DNA of 64,000 nt from Mytilus californianus (taxonomy: Eukaryota), in the NCBI RefSeq assembly GCF_021869535.1, contig NW_026262723.1, forward strand, positions 3,782,001 through 3,846,000, in the 5' to 3' direction. Positions within the stretch are counted from its first letter, which is position 1, and the number at the start of each line of letters is the position of its first letter. The notes under the pieces were generated by a model that was not told the origin of the DNA, did not search any database, and saw only the letters and a program-made list of their open reading frames with translations. Below, in pieces: positions 1 through 11,830 of the stretch. Position numbers and translations under genes: made by a program.

Positions 1-79
1 GTCCAGTTTGAGATAATAGGTTACTTCAATTTGATTCCAAAAATATATGTTTGCATTTTTTTGGGTTGTTTTTTAATGC

Positions 80-2900
80 ATAAAAAAAAAGCAAAGTAAC
101 GTCTATACCTATTCCGAAAACCTAAGAAATTCAAAAGTATTATTTACCAACATTTAGAAAAACACAATCACAATATTAAATTTATCAGATTCCAACCACT
201 CGAATCGATAAATAAACAACAAGGGTAATCGCCTAAACAATTTGAAGATTCTCGTCAAATTATCGAACTGTCTTGGATAAAACGACTGCAGACAGTATAT
301 CCCTTGGGTCTAAATGACAATATAATGGGACAAGGGAACATATCTAAAACTTCTTCTATTGATATCATTAATATTGTTGATAACATACAACGTAATGATA
401 GGTCTCATGGCAAAACGTATCAATCGAAATCAACGAATTAAGCATCGCAAGAATTATACACTTGATGATCTCCTATGTATATTTAAAAACAAAGGTAGTC
501 ATCAATTATTATGTACACTGGGTCGAATGCCAATTAGTAAATTACATGATATTTTCAGAGTGCGACACAATCTCGTTCTTCAGCCTATTCTTTTAATATT
601 CGCGTATAATTACAGCTTTTTGCCACCATAGGCTGTTCCCGCGTATCGATAATTCTGAAGATCATAAACGGAATTTTCTTACAATTAAATATAGTAACAG
701 AGGTACTGATTTCATCGAGTATATTTAATGACTCTACCATTCAAAACTCTATACATCCCTATTTTGATAACACAGAACAACCTATTATTTTTGGTATACA
801 CACAATAAACCCAGCAGAAGTTTACTTTTTAATTATACGCTAGTAACATTAGACGTCAGTGTAGAAAATAATACTCTTCTAACTTGAGACGGTGAATTTG
901 CAAATTTTAGATATGATCCCTATGGCTATGTTATTACGGTGGACCTCAACATCGTTCAAGACCAAGAGGTTAAAAACTTTTTGAAAAAAGGACCGAAATA
1001 TCGTCCTCTATCTAAAATAGATTAGAAACAGTGTCGTCAGGTCATAAAAGATGCTCTTTTATCGTATTGTACAAATTGTTGTAAACGGGAAAGATCTGAA
1101 AAAAAAATCTTGATTCTCATTTAAATAAATGTATGAATGTTATGGATATTCGAATATCACATTTTGAAAATGATTTAGGAATGAATTAAAGAGTACATAA
1201 TACACCTATTTCTAGAATAAGAAATTAAGTTCAAGTACTCGCAAAATGGTTTGTGTAAATCTGATTGCAAATATATTTGAAAATCATTTAAAGACTTTTC
1301 CTCTAATGAGAAAGGTAAATATACTAGATATTCTTATTGGAGGTGTGATGAGATGATTGAGGCTTTTCATATTCTCCTAGATAATATTTATGTACGTTTC
1401 GGCAATAAACTTTATCGACAGGTTGTAGGTATTCCTATGGGCACCAATTGTGTCCCTTTAATGGCAGACGTGTTGGCATGATACGGGTTATGTTCTTTTC
1501 GTATATTTTATGATGGTATGATACTAAACGCCTAACTGGAGGGATTGTGCTTGATTTTCATATGATGAAGACATACTCTCTCAATCAGTTTAATTGATGT
1601 CTGGAGCTGGCATGTCAGTAACTGCTAGTAGTCCTTTTTTAATCTATGTTATCATTGTCATTTTGTTTTGTTTCTTCTGTTACCTATTCTAACATCGGAC
1701 TCGGACTTCTTTTAAACTGAGTTTTACTGTGCGTATTACTGTATGTTTGTTTATGCTACATTGGCTAGAGGTATAGGGGAGGGTTGAGATCGCACAAAAC
1801 ATGTTTAACCCCGCCGCATTTTTGTGCCTGTCACAAGTCAGGAACCTCTAGCCATTGTAAGTCGTGTATATTTTTTTTTAACTTCGGTTCATTTATATGT
1901 TTCGAAAATAGTGTGTCTTCCATTTTCTCTGAAGTTGTATACATTTCTGTTTAGGGGCAAGCTAAAGCCCGCCTTTCGCTGTGTTGAAGACCCATTGGTG
2001 GCCTTGGGATGTTTTCTGTTCATTGGTCGGGTTGTTGTCTCTTTGGCACATTCCCCGTTTCCATTCTCAATTTATTGTTCTTGTACTGTTATGAATAACA
2101 GTTTATCACAAAACTCAGTAAAGACCCGTCTAAATTGCATTTAATTGATTAAATCAAACAACACTTATTATTATCTTGATGATATTTTTCGTTAAATAAT
2201 CAAGAATTGTCTAAATAAACTGCCGAAATTTACCCAAAGGAACTTACTATAAATGAATCAAATAAAAACGGAAATAACTGTCCTTTCCTAGATTTAGATA
2301 TTTCAGTTTTATACGGGAAACTCTATACACATATTTACGACAAGAGTAACAATTTTTTGTTCCCTATTGTTAATTTTCCTTTTTGGACGACGATGTTTCT
2401 TTGGCACCATCTTACGGTGTTTATATATCACAACTTGTTCCCTATGCCGTGTCTGTTGTGACGTTTTGAATTTCAATGAATGTTATCTATGAATTACTGT
2501 TAAATTATTAAGTCAGGGATATCGTTACCACAAATTACTTAAAACCTTTACTAAATGCTTCCATAGATACGAAGATTTGGTTTGGAAATTTGGTTGTACC
2601 TGTAGAAAACGTATTTCAAACGGGATGACACATCCTAATTTTTACTCAGATGTTGTGTACCGGTAACGGAAATTTATATACGATCCGGGTAAATTTATCG
2701 ATCCTTTGAATAAACTTATTCTAAAAGGTCACCAATTCAACACTATACTTAGATGTTTGATTTTTTTGTTATTGGTATTAATATTGATTTTGTTATCTGT
2801 AAATCAAAATCAATCTAGATATTATTTTCATATACATATACACATTCATGGCTCTACAATCTGTCAGTACCTGTATCTTTGCATTGCACAAGGTCATGTT
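80..2900 (+). mobile_element. Decayed Penelope-like retroelement with N-terminal GIY-YIG (Naiad-type), copy 1
   Basis: Broken frames give IYQHLEKHNHNIKFIRFQPLE and WIKRLQTVYPLGLND (GIY-YIG C-terminal part, about 140-335), then FRYDPYGYVITVDLNIV, KGPKYR, GIPMGTNC, YYLDDIF, IYDK...FPIVNFPF, GVYISQL (RT and thumb). Many stops and indels; interrupted by a MITE-like repeat at about 1510-2090. Confidence 0.8.
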
Positions 2901-5473
2901 TTTATCTGACTGTTATTGACGTCATTACACTAAATCATTTGGATGTTGGATGTGTACTGATTGATATTTTAGTCTTAGATGCATGATTTTTTTATTAGTT
3001 GTTATTGGCTTTGAACTAGCTGTCAGTAACTGTGAGTACTCTCAGATCTATACTTAGTTGTTAGGGATATATAAATACCCTGCTACGTCCGGTCTGTGCT
3101 TTTGTTATATGTGTTTCTGCTTTTTATCGATCTGATGAGTTATGATTTTTACAGTTTGTTCTTATGTTGTACTGTTACACCACTGTTCAAGGTTAGGAGT
3201 AAGGTTGACGCCTTCAAACAAGTTTAACCCCGACACATTCTGTATGCGCCTGTACGAATTAAGTAAAATATTAATACAATTATATACAAAATTAAAACAA
3301 CACTGTAGAAGCCTCATAGGTGCGAATCGCACATTAGAACCCACCTGCACCAGGAATGTCATAAGCCAAAAACCCGATAGCTCGATGGTCAATAAAAGAC
3401 CAAAAGGAACATTATAGCACAAAAATGAAAATAAAGGGAAAATGTAAAGTAAATAAAAAGATACACAGATTCAACACATACAATCCAAAGACAATCTTGT
3501 TTTATTTTGTGAAGGAGACAATGAATATTTATCTATAAGGTCTTGATACTTTCCGATAAACTGTTCAGGAAAATTATGAAACGAACAGTTTTGTCAATAG
3601 AAAGCACTGACAAGGATTGATCAAAACAACACAGACGCTCTGAAAGAAAATATAGCAACAAGTAATATACATGTATAAAACAAAAGTAACAACAATCACC
3701 ACTTAACTTAACACAACACTTAGGGTAAACACAGGTTCCTCGGAAGGTAAACAGTGTTTGGATCAGCTTCATGTTACACATGGAAAGTACAAAGACATTG
3801 CTAAGTTCATTTATGATGCCATTGTCATCACCGATGAAAAATAAACAAAACCCTGGAATGTCGTATCAGCTGTATACCTCATATTCAAATTGCGCTGAAA
3901 TGTAATTTTGATTTGATTAAAGGTCAAAGTTCACAATGGGAAAATTGAAATCAATAAATATAAAGAAACGTTAACAAATTAGTTGTTGAATTGGTTTTTG
4001 AACCACAATTGTTTTTTCTTTTAAATCTGAAAACGCAATGAAAAAAAGGTTCATGGAGCCTGAAAAAATCAAGTGCTATTAAGATACAAATACACGAAAT
4101 CTTCTGTATATAAGTAGTTAGATACAGAATGGAAGTCAGCAAGTGGCGCCATCCTAATTAACGTAATTTGTCAAACCTAAGGTGATTGTTGTAAACCTTG
4201 CAGCCACTGATATTATTGATAACAGCAATAACGACGCTGATTACAAGTATTCAACAGGATTTCATGCACATTCATCTTGTTGTAGTTCTTTCTAAATGTC
4301 AAACATATTAAATAATCGTGAACGATATGTGTAAGAGACAAAGGAAGGCTAACGCAACAAAAACAATTATGATTTCAAAACAAAAAGAAAAAACGACGAG
4401 AAGATAAAGCAATAAGAACCCTACAAAAAACCGGAGTTACACATATGTGTTCTGGAAGGATAAGCATTTACCACCGTCCTACGTTGTGAAAGTAATATAT
4501 TAGGTTGTTTTACTGAATATTGGAATCTTTAATTGAAAAATAGCAGTACAAAATTGGCTAGTTCTTTGCTTCAATATGCCAATTGTTTTAGACATAATGC
4601 ATATTTATGTGTTTATTTAGGAAAGATAAGTGATTTATTGTATTATTTAGACTGTTTTTACAAATACCAATTGTTTTGATCGACTCAATTTTCTACTCAG
4701 CCATATAAGTTAAGATAACTCTTACAGGAAATTTTTTTATAAAGGAATGTTAATGAAATTTTCCTTTTTTACTTGCAGCAGGAAAACAAGTTCGGTGACA
4801 CCATTTTTTCTTTTTAGTTTTTAAAAACATATTATAAAACCTATCTTCATATGTTATTTTAAAGTTTTATAGGATAGATTTCTAGTATGAAAGGCAATTC
4901 CCTCTGACACAAGTTATCTTACCAAATATCATATTAAACCCCGTGTTCAACTCCAAAACGATCAACATATTTTCCTTTCAAAAGCTTTGCCATCATTGAG
5001 CACCTGTTAATGATTATTCTGGAAATGTTTATTGTGCGCACATACATAGGTTTCAAATGATATCAGGCTGATAAATTTGTACGCAAGACGCGCGTTTCGT
5101 CTACAGAAGATTCATTAGAAGTGCTCATAATAGATGTTCCGATTTACATTCTAATATTTCTCCTCACATGCCTTGTGTACCGATAAATATTCTTATTTAT
5201 ATTCCAAATATTCACATATGAAGTCTCGAACTTTGGCTTTTATCCTTATCCTGATAAATGTTCCAAATTATATTCCAAATAATCTTGTCCTAAAATTTAA
5301 ACTTTTTATTAAAATGGTCTTTATAGATACCAGTCTTACAACAGTTCTACATTAATCTTCAATATTTGAGGAGACCTTGAGTTTGTTTCTGGTCGAAATT
5401 TTACACCTACATTCCAATCTGTCTGCAGTTTCTTTGACATCACGAACTTATCAAAATGAAGATAATACAAGAA

Positions 5474-5481
5474 TATAAATA
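5474..5481 (+). promoter_or_regulatory. TATA box of lectin A (equivalents at 22246, 32341, 41987, 52510)
   Basis: TATAAATATCGCCTT is conserved about 60 nt upstream of the ATG in all five copies, inside a conserved core block. Confidence 0.75.
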
Positions 5482-5534
5482 TCGCCTTCAGAAATGCAAC
5501 ATGCTATCTTAAAACTGCTGCTTCATATATCAAA

Positions 5535-8500
5535 ATGTCTTCTGTTTGGATAAAACTTTGTGTTCTAGCATTTGTGACCACGGTTGGTAAGTCATTTTTT
5601 AATTATCATTAATGTACTGATTCTTCAAGATTAAATCTGTAATTCATAATTAAATGCTTATTTATGTAATTTCATTTAAGGGGCATTAGGGTTAGGGTAA
5701 TGTTTAAGGTTAGACTTAGGGTAGCTGTCAAATTCATGCACACTAATTTTACCCAATTACAAATTATCATATTTGATTTAAATCATAGTAAAACTTATCT
5801 CCAAATTACAAAAAGTGCAAAAGAAATAATTAACAATGCATACACTCGTTAATGTACAGCAGCATTTCGTGCGTAGAGACCAGATGTCATCTAATTATCC
5901 ATTGAAATGACCCCCAAGGACTGTCGGCCGTCAAATAACCTGATACAAACGAAATGTTTTTTAGCTTATTTTGACAAAATTGAACCAAACCGACTTCTTA
6001 TAGCGAAATATTATTCATACTACTTTTCCCATATTGTACGTGCATCTGGCGTACAACGTTATAAGCCTCGTATCTTTGATGAAATTTTTGAAAAAAAATC
6101 TATCATGTATCAATTTTTGTCTAATGTGTAAAAGCATTGACCGAAGCAGATTTGTAATTAAACGCTTCATATGTAAGTGCACACGGTCGACGTTATTACA
6201 AAGTAAGAGTCAACACATGAGATTACGTGAAATCAAAGTTTTTCCTATTTTTTTTTAAATATTCATATTATTGTTATTAAGTAACTTTGTCATAAAAAAA
6301 ACGTGCAGTTATGGATGTGACGGTTTATTGAGACAAAGAACACCATTACTCTGATTATCAAATAATGGAATCTCTATGAAACGGTGTTTCTTCGTGATGC
6401 AAATAAACCGAGTGTCGAAATAAATTGTATCACTCAAAATGTAATTTATATTATTCTTCTTTGACATTTGATTTTGATTGACTTCCTTGAATGTGATAAC
6501 TCTTTTCATATCATTTGTTTATATAAAATTAGACACTTTTCAACACTCATATTTTGTATGAAAGGATACATGCAAATGCATAATTATTTTTGTTTCAGTA
6601 TTTTGCGCATGTCCAAATAATTGGAGTCATTATGAAGACAAATGTTTCTTTCTAAGCCGTGACAACGAGACATTTGCCGATTCACTGGTGAGTTAAAATG
6701 AAAAAAGAAGAGTGAAGGTTCCGAAAATAAATTTTTATAAATTTGTTTTCATATTATGATTTCGATTGTTTAATTTTGATATAGAATTACTCTCTTTGTA
6801 TTGCACGCTGTATTGAGGGTGTCCTATTCTCGATTTTGAAAGAGTGTGGGTTCCAATGACGGATGATGTATGCATAGCAGTAGTCGCTAACCCTTTAGAC
6901 ACATCCAGTCTCGCTTCTTTTAGACTTCATGTCAATCCCTCCGGTTTTGTTTTGTTTTTTGTTTTTGTTTTTTTACCTTGATTTGCATTTTCTTAATATA
7001 TTTAGAAGATTTGAAAATCGGCAAACTTCTGCTGCCTCACATTAGACATCACATGAACTTGTATATGAAATTAATAATTTTGAATTCATAAATAATAAGC
7101 TTAATGGACTGCAACTTTAGAATAACACAATTACATAACATAAGTAGCAGGAAATACATCTTAACAATTTAACATATTTTATCATGGTTATACCAAAGCA
7201 CTTGGTAATGTAGGAATTGCCGTTTATTTCAAACGTGTAAGCATGATTAAACGTATATGCGGTTTTTCGAGGGAGGGATATAACAAAAAATATCATGTTA
7301 ATTTTTGTCATTCAAATTAATCGTATAATATCAACATGATCAATAAATATTTGTTTTGTAATTTGAGAGTTATATTTTAATATCTTTTCTCAGAAACTAT
7401 GTGAAGTAATTGGACGTCAATATGGAAGATCGGCATCATTAGCTACCGTTGATGATGCGAAAACACAACAGTTTCTTACAGATTTAATGATCAAAATAAG
7501 TAAGAATGAGTAGACGTTATATTATAAATAACTGATGAAGCACAACTTTTCTCCTCTATCTACCTTAACCTGAAAACAAATATTTTTGTTTAAGGTACTA
7601 TAAAGCTTGGCTGTCATAACGACTACAGTTTTGTTTTGTTATGGTTTTATGCTTGTACAGTAATTGAATATTAAAGCTTCGTATACATAGGAGTTTTTCT
7701 GCATTTCGTAGAATTAAGAACATGGGTTTTGCTTACTCCCTAATTATTGAGGATCCTTCCCATACTTAGGAATAATTGACTGAGTCTTTGTTGTTTTAAC
7801 ATTTAAGCATTTACTTTTGCAAAGGTTTAAATTTGTTGACGACTTCATTGTTTGCATTTAGATTAAGCCCAATTTAAAAAAATTTTTTTTAACCTAGATG
7901 TAATGAAGTTGTTCTATGAATTACCGTACAAGACAATTAGTCAACTGCGATTGGCAAACTGCAGTAAAGCCATTAAAATGGGGGTTATACGAGTACATTG
8001 ATTAAATCGTTTTCTCTACATCTCATATTTTATTCAAAACAGAAATTATTAAGTCAAACTGAAGACAAATTACGAATGAGAAATATAAAAACGCTCATAC
8101 AAAAACAATGACTTACAAAACAGACAAGGACATCATGAGGTCAATTCTTTCACGCTTACTTGTTCAAATAGTAGGAAGTCATAGAAAAATACAAAAAATT
8201 ACTTAACAATACAATTTTGAAAAGGAATATTTAATGAATAGAATTTTGCAAGTTTTGTTTAAGAGCAGCAATATGAATTTGAATAGTGATTCAAAACCAT
8301 TTTGTTTGTTTTATCAGATTCCATTGGAATGTACATAGGATTAAATGACCTTGTAACTGAAGGGACATTTCACTGGGTAGCCAACGGCAAGCAGGCAACA
8401 TACTTTAACTGGGGACCTACCCAACCAAACAACAGAGGGGGAAACGAAAATTGTGTAGCTATGCGAGTTGATCCTGTTATAGGCTTCAATTATTCTTGGA

Positions 8501-9646
8501 CAGATGGTCCTTGCACGGTTCCAACCACCTACATTTGTGAAATGGTGTAAGTACTATTGCAAAGGAATCAATTTAATTACAGTACATGTAACGCTGTGAT
8601 ACTAGTATTCTAGCGATTAAAAGGCAATACACGTTACAATGTGATATGCGACTTGATGCTGTTAATGGCTTCAAATTTTCTTGGACAGATGGTTCTTGAA
8701 CAGTTCCAACAAAATAAATCTGTGAAATGGTGTAAGAACCATTCCAAAGAAATCGAATAAACTCAACACCTATTATCTGGTATATTTACAACTGCTAAAA
8801 CATGATAAACTGGTTTTTTTTTTTAGATTTTTAATGTTGTTTTCTATCGCGTTATCAGCACGTTGTAGATTTTTAAATTCAAAAATGTGCTCTCTGTCCA
8901 CAAATTATCGTCATGGAGTGAACGAGTATCCATAATAATAAATTCATCATATATACCAGGATTAAAATTTTGAACACCAGACGCATGTTTCGTCTACAAA
9001 CGACTCATCAGGGACGCTCGAAAAAATGTTTAAAAAGTTGAAGAGCATTAAACACCCGAAGCTAGTGATAATAAGTTGTTTGAAGAATGGTTCTTCTTCC
9101 TTTACTATGTAAAGTGATTGACACAAAACAAAAAACAATATGTAGATGATCCCAACCAGGATCGTTCGTCGGATATTTGGAGTATGCTGTTATTACATAA
9201 CGGTCCATCAATAAGGTTTTCGTTTCCGTAAACTTTTGAAAAAAGATGACTTCAACCTTACAATTAATATAAAAATAAGCAGAAGTAGTATGATTGACAA
9301 TGAGACAACTCTCCACAAGAGACGAAATCAATTAGCTACTATTTGTCACTGTAGAGCCGTCAAAAATGCGCAAATCCCATACAGTTTAACAAGGGTATAA
9401 AAGCCCCTCAAATGACATATGTAAAACAATTTAAACGGCCTCATAAACGAAAATACATACAATATTTAAACAACGAAAGGCAACCACTGAATTACAAGCC
9501 TCAGACTTGGTTCATTTGTCACCTGCAGCTTCTGTCACTAAAATATTCCCCACATTTGAAAGAACATTATTGATATACATTTGATTTTTTCTAAATATTT
9601 ATTTATCTATTTTAGGGCAGCAGATATTGGAAACCTTCTCGGATAG
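5535..9646 (+). CDS. Secreted C-type lectin (perlucin-like CTLD), copy A, S-subtype, 168 aa, 5 exons
   Basis: Exons 5535-5586, 6599-6687, 7394-7499, 8318-8546, 9616-9646, all GT-AG with consistent phases; total 507 nt. Product MSSVWIKLCVLAFVTTVVFCACPNNWSHYEDKCFF...LCEVIG...YIGLND...WGPTQPNNRGGNENC...WTDGPC...YICEMVAADIGNLLG*: signal peptide plus long-form CTLD with 6 canonical Cys. TATA box at 5474. Confidence 0.92.
8620..8736 (+). pseudogene. Degenerate duplicate of the 3' half of exon 4 inside intron 4 (also about 25335-25443, 45281-45393, 56750-56864)
   Basis: atgcgacttgatgctgttaatggcttcaaattttcttggacagatggt...tgtgaaatggtgtaag aligns to exon-4 atgcgagttgatcctgttataggcttcaattattcttggacagatggt...tgtgaaatggtgtaag; it carries in-frame stops. 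Confidence 0.85.
8972..9019 (-). ncRNA. Minimal type-I hammerhead ribozyme motif, antisense in intron 4 of gene A
   Basis: Minus strand reads gagcgtcc-CUGAUGA-GUC(guuugua)GAC-GAAA-C(augc)G-UC^-ugguguuc: intact core, 3-bp stem II, short stem III, and 7 of 8 stem I pairs including G-U. Confidence 0.72.
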
Positions 9647-9916
9647 CCGTAATTGTCAGCAATTGTATTACATTGTACATGTCCGTTTATTTATTTATTT
9701 ATTATATATCTATACCCAAATTCTTCTGTTGTTTTTATTTTATATACTAGTATTGTTTTTATCATGAGCTATTATCTTCTATTTATTAGCTTCGCAACCT
9801 GTTATTTCAAAGTCATAGCCGACTAACGTGTATTTCTGTAGAAAATGTGACACTGAAAGGGATAGATATTCATAACAACACACAAAAACAGAGAATAATT
9901 ATGTTGATGGTCTTCC

Positions 9917-9922
9917 AATAAA
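9917..9922 (+). terminator. Candidate polyadenylation signal AATAAA for gene A (homologous CCAATAAAC also downstream of B, C, D and the first orphan exon)
   Basis: ccAATAAAc is conserved between S and P subtypes, 270 nt after the gene A stop; no transcript evidence. Confidence 0.45.
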
Positions 9923-11029
9923 CCTTACAATCAACTTTGATTCCAATATGTTGTTTGATGGAATGGATAGTGTTAAACAAGATATACAGTATACACTGGA
10001 ACACAAGACATAACTCATAGTTTTGATCTACCCTGACCCATACCCAAACATTATCTGTTTTCTGATATAAAACACATATGTTTAAATGTATGTACAAGTG
10101 AACAGCGGGAAAATGAAATACAATAGTACTTCTTAAACAGAATTCAAACATCACTTTCTTATATATCAAGCTGACACCTGTCATTTGTAATATATTATGT
10201 AATCAGAATAATCCATTTCACCAAAATGAGTATTATTATGTGACATGGGCACAGACATTTTTTCAGACGCTTGTTTCGTATACACAAGACTCACCAGTGA
10301 CGTTCGAATCAAAATCGTTAAAAAGTACAAATAAATTACGAAGTTGAAGAGCATTGGGGAGCTTATATTTCACAGAATTCAAAAACACCTAGCTTTTATC
10401 CTTCTTTAATGTATTAAGGTAGATAATTAGCGACTTTTAGTTTACTCAAAACATTTCCCGTTATATGTCTTTCAACCTAATGCAAAGAACCCAATGGCTT
10501 TATCATGTTTAATTATAAAGTTAGAGCAAAGGTTCCAATTTAAAACGTACAATTTACCTAAAATTTTGACTTCAATTCCAAGGTCACAAAGCAACGATCT
10601 CATATCAAAATGTCTAAACAAAAATACTCGAAGATAAATTCAAAAAGGGGGAAGTCCATGAAACATGACGAAATCAAACGTCAGACTATACGTCAACAAA
10701 CGGAACGAATGGTTACAACTGTCATATTACGAACTTGGTACAAGCATTTTACGAAGTGGTGGATTTACCGTTCTTTCTTACACTTTCTTACACTGGTTTC
10801 ACGTTTATAGCTAGGTAGGTAAGTAGCTAGGTAAAACCCTAACTTTTATGACCGTTGTTTATAGTTCCGTTTTGTTAACAAAATTGGGTGTGCAACCCAA
10901 ACAGACTCAATTTGTTAATATGACAGTAATTGGGATCCAGCAGGCAAAACTGTTTTAACAATTATCATTGACATACAATTAAATCTGATCAAGATGCCAC
11001 AAAAAAGTTATTGTAGTTGATAGTAAATC

Positions 11030-11830
11030 TGACAAAGACGTCAGTATATAAAAACATTAAATGCGGTACAGTATACACTTTTCCGATAAAGTACGAATAA
11101 GTAAAATATTCATCAAAGGGTTTACAAAAAGAAAACAACATTGTAAAAACCTACTGGGACCGAATCGCACCTCTAGACCAACCTCCTCAGGAACACCCAA
11201 CGCCAAAAACCAGATAACCGGATGGACAAAACAGGACCAAAAAGGAACAAATAAGCATAAAAAAGAGAAAACTATAAAGTAAACAAAAAGATAATCATCT
11301 TTAGCCCCTACAATCTCTAACTCTAGACCCTCTTGTATTATTTATACAATCTCTAACTCTAGACCCTCTTGTATTATTTATGAAGTAGACACTGACTATC
11401 TATCTTTAAGGTGTGATACATTCTATGAACGTTTTTAGAAAAAGGGTGAGACGTTCTTTGTCAAAACCCGGGACTATTAATTTTTGCTCAGACACCGATG
11501 CATTTACCAAGTCTTAGTAGCAGCTGCAAGCCCTTGAATATCAAATGAGCTGAGAAATATATACCCAATACGAGTTTGAAGTTTGTATATTGCTGCTAAG
11601 ATGAGGAAAATTTATAATGTTAGAGTAGAAATCGTCTCGTTTGTCAAAGATTCTGGTACTGAGATGACCGTTGTAGTAAAATTCGAGGTATATGTCACTA
11701 AATGAAGCGGAGTAGCTGTTTTTGTTGTTTTTTAATCTATTGTTCATAAGGATGAATTAATGGGACCCAATCCGAAAAGTGTGGATTGTATATTGAAAAA
11801 AAAATCATAAATATACCTCTTTGTGAAATT
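11030..11830 (-). mobile_element. 3' fragment of a Penelope-like RT element (paralogous copies about 27000-27370, 47900-48680, 60290-61050; shorter pieces about 3270-3650, 20040-20410, 37960-38400)
   Basis: ORF 11541-11747(-) reads SASFSDIYLEF...IFDKRDDF...INFPHLSSNIQTSNSYWVYISQLI, matching the PLE post-RT motif YDKRDDF...NFP.LSSNIP...YGVYISQL. Confidence 0.75.

Noticed and set aside
5686-5724. TTAGGG-like stretch in intron 1 of S genes (also about 22460 and 42200)
   Set aside because: Only two perfect units within a degenerate tract; too short to call an interstitial telomere.
8302-8550. Single-exon 82-aa lectin ORF as given by the ORF track (and paralogs)
   Set aside because: The ORF start lies in intron 3 and its stop in the intron-4 donor; it is exon 4 of a 5-exon gene.
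9870-10184. 104-aa minus-strand ORF repeated three times (also 26253 and 46519)
   Set aside because: Conservation reflects recent segmental duplication of the lectin 3' flank; the composition is low-complexity AT-derived and the frame is not kept in the P-type homologs.
11309-11380. Exact 36-bp tandem duplication
   Set aside because: Single copy in the paralogous spacer (about 48195); a local slippage event inside a decayed element with no sign of function.
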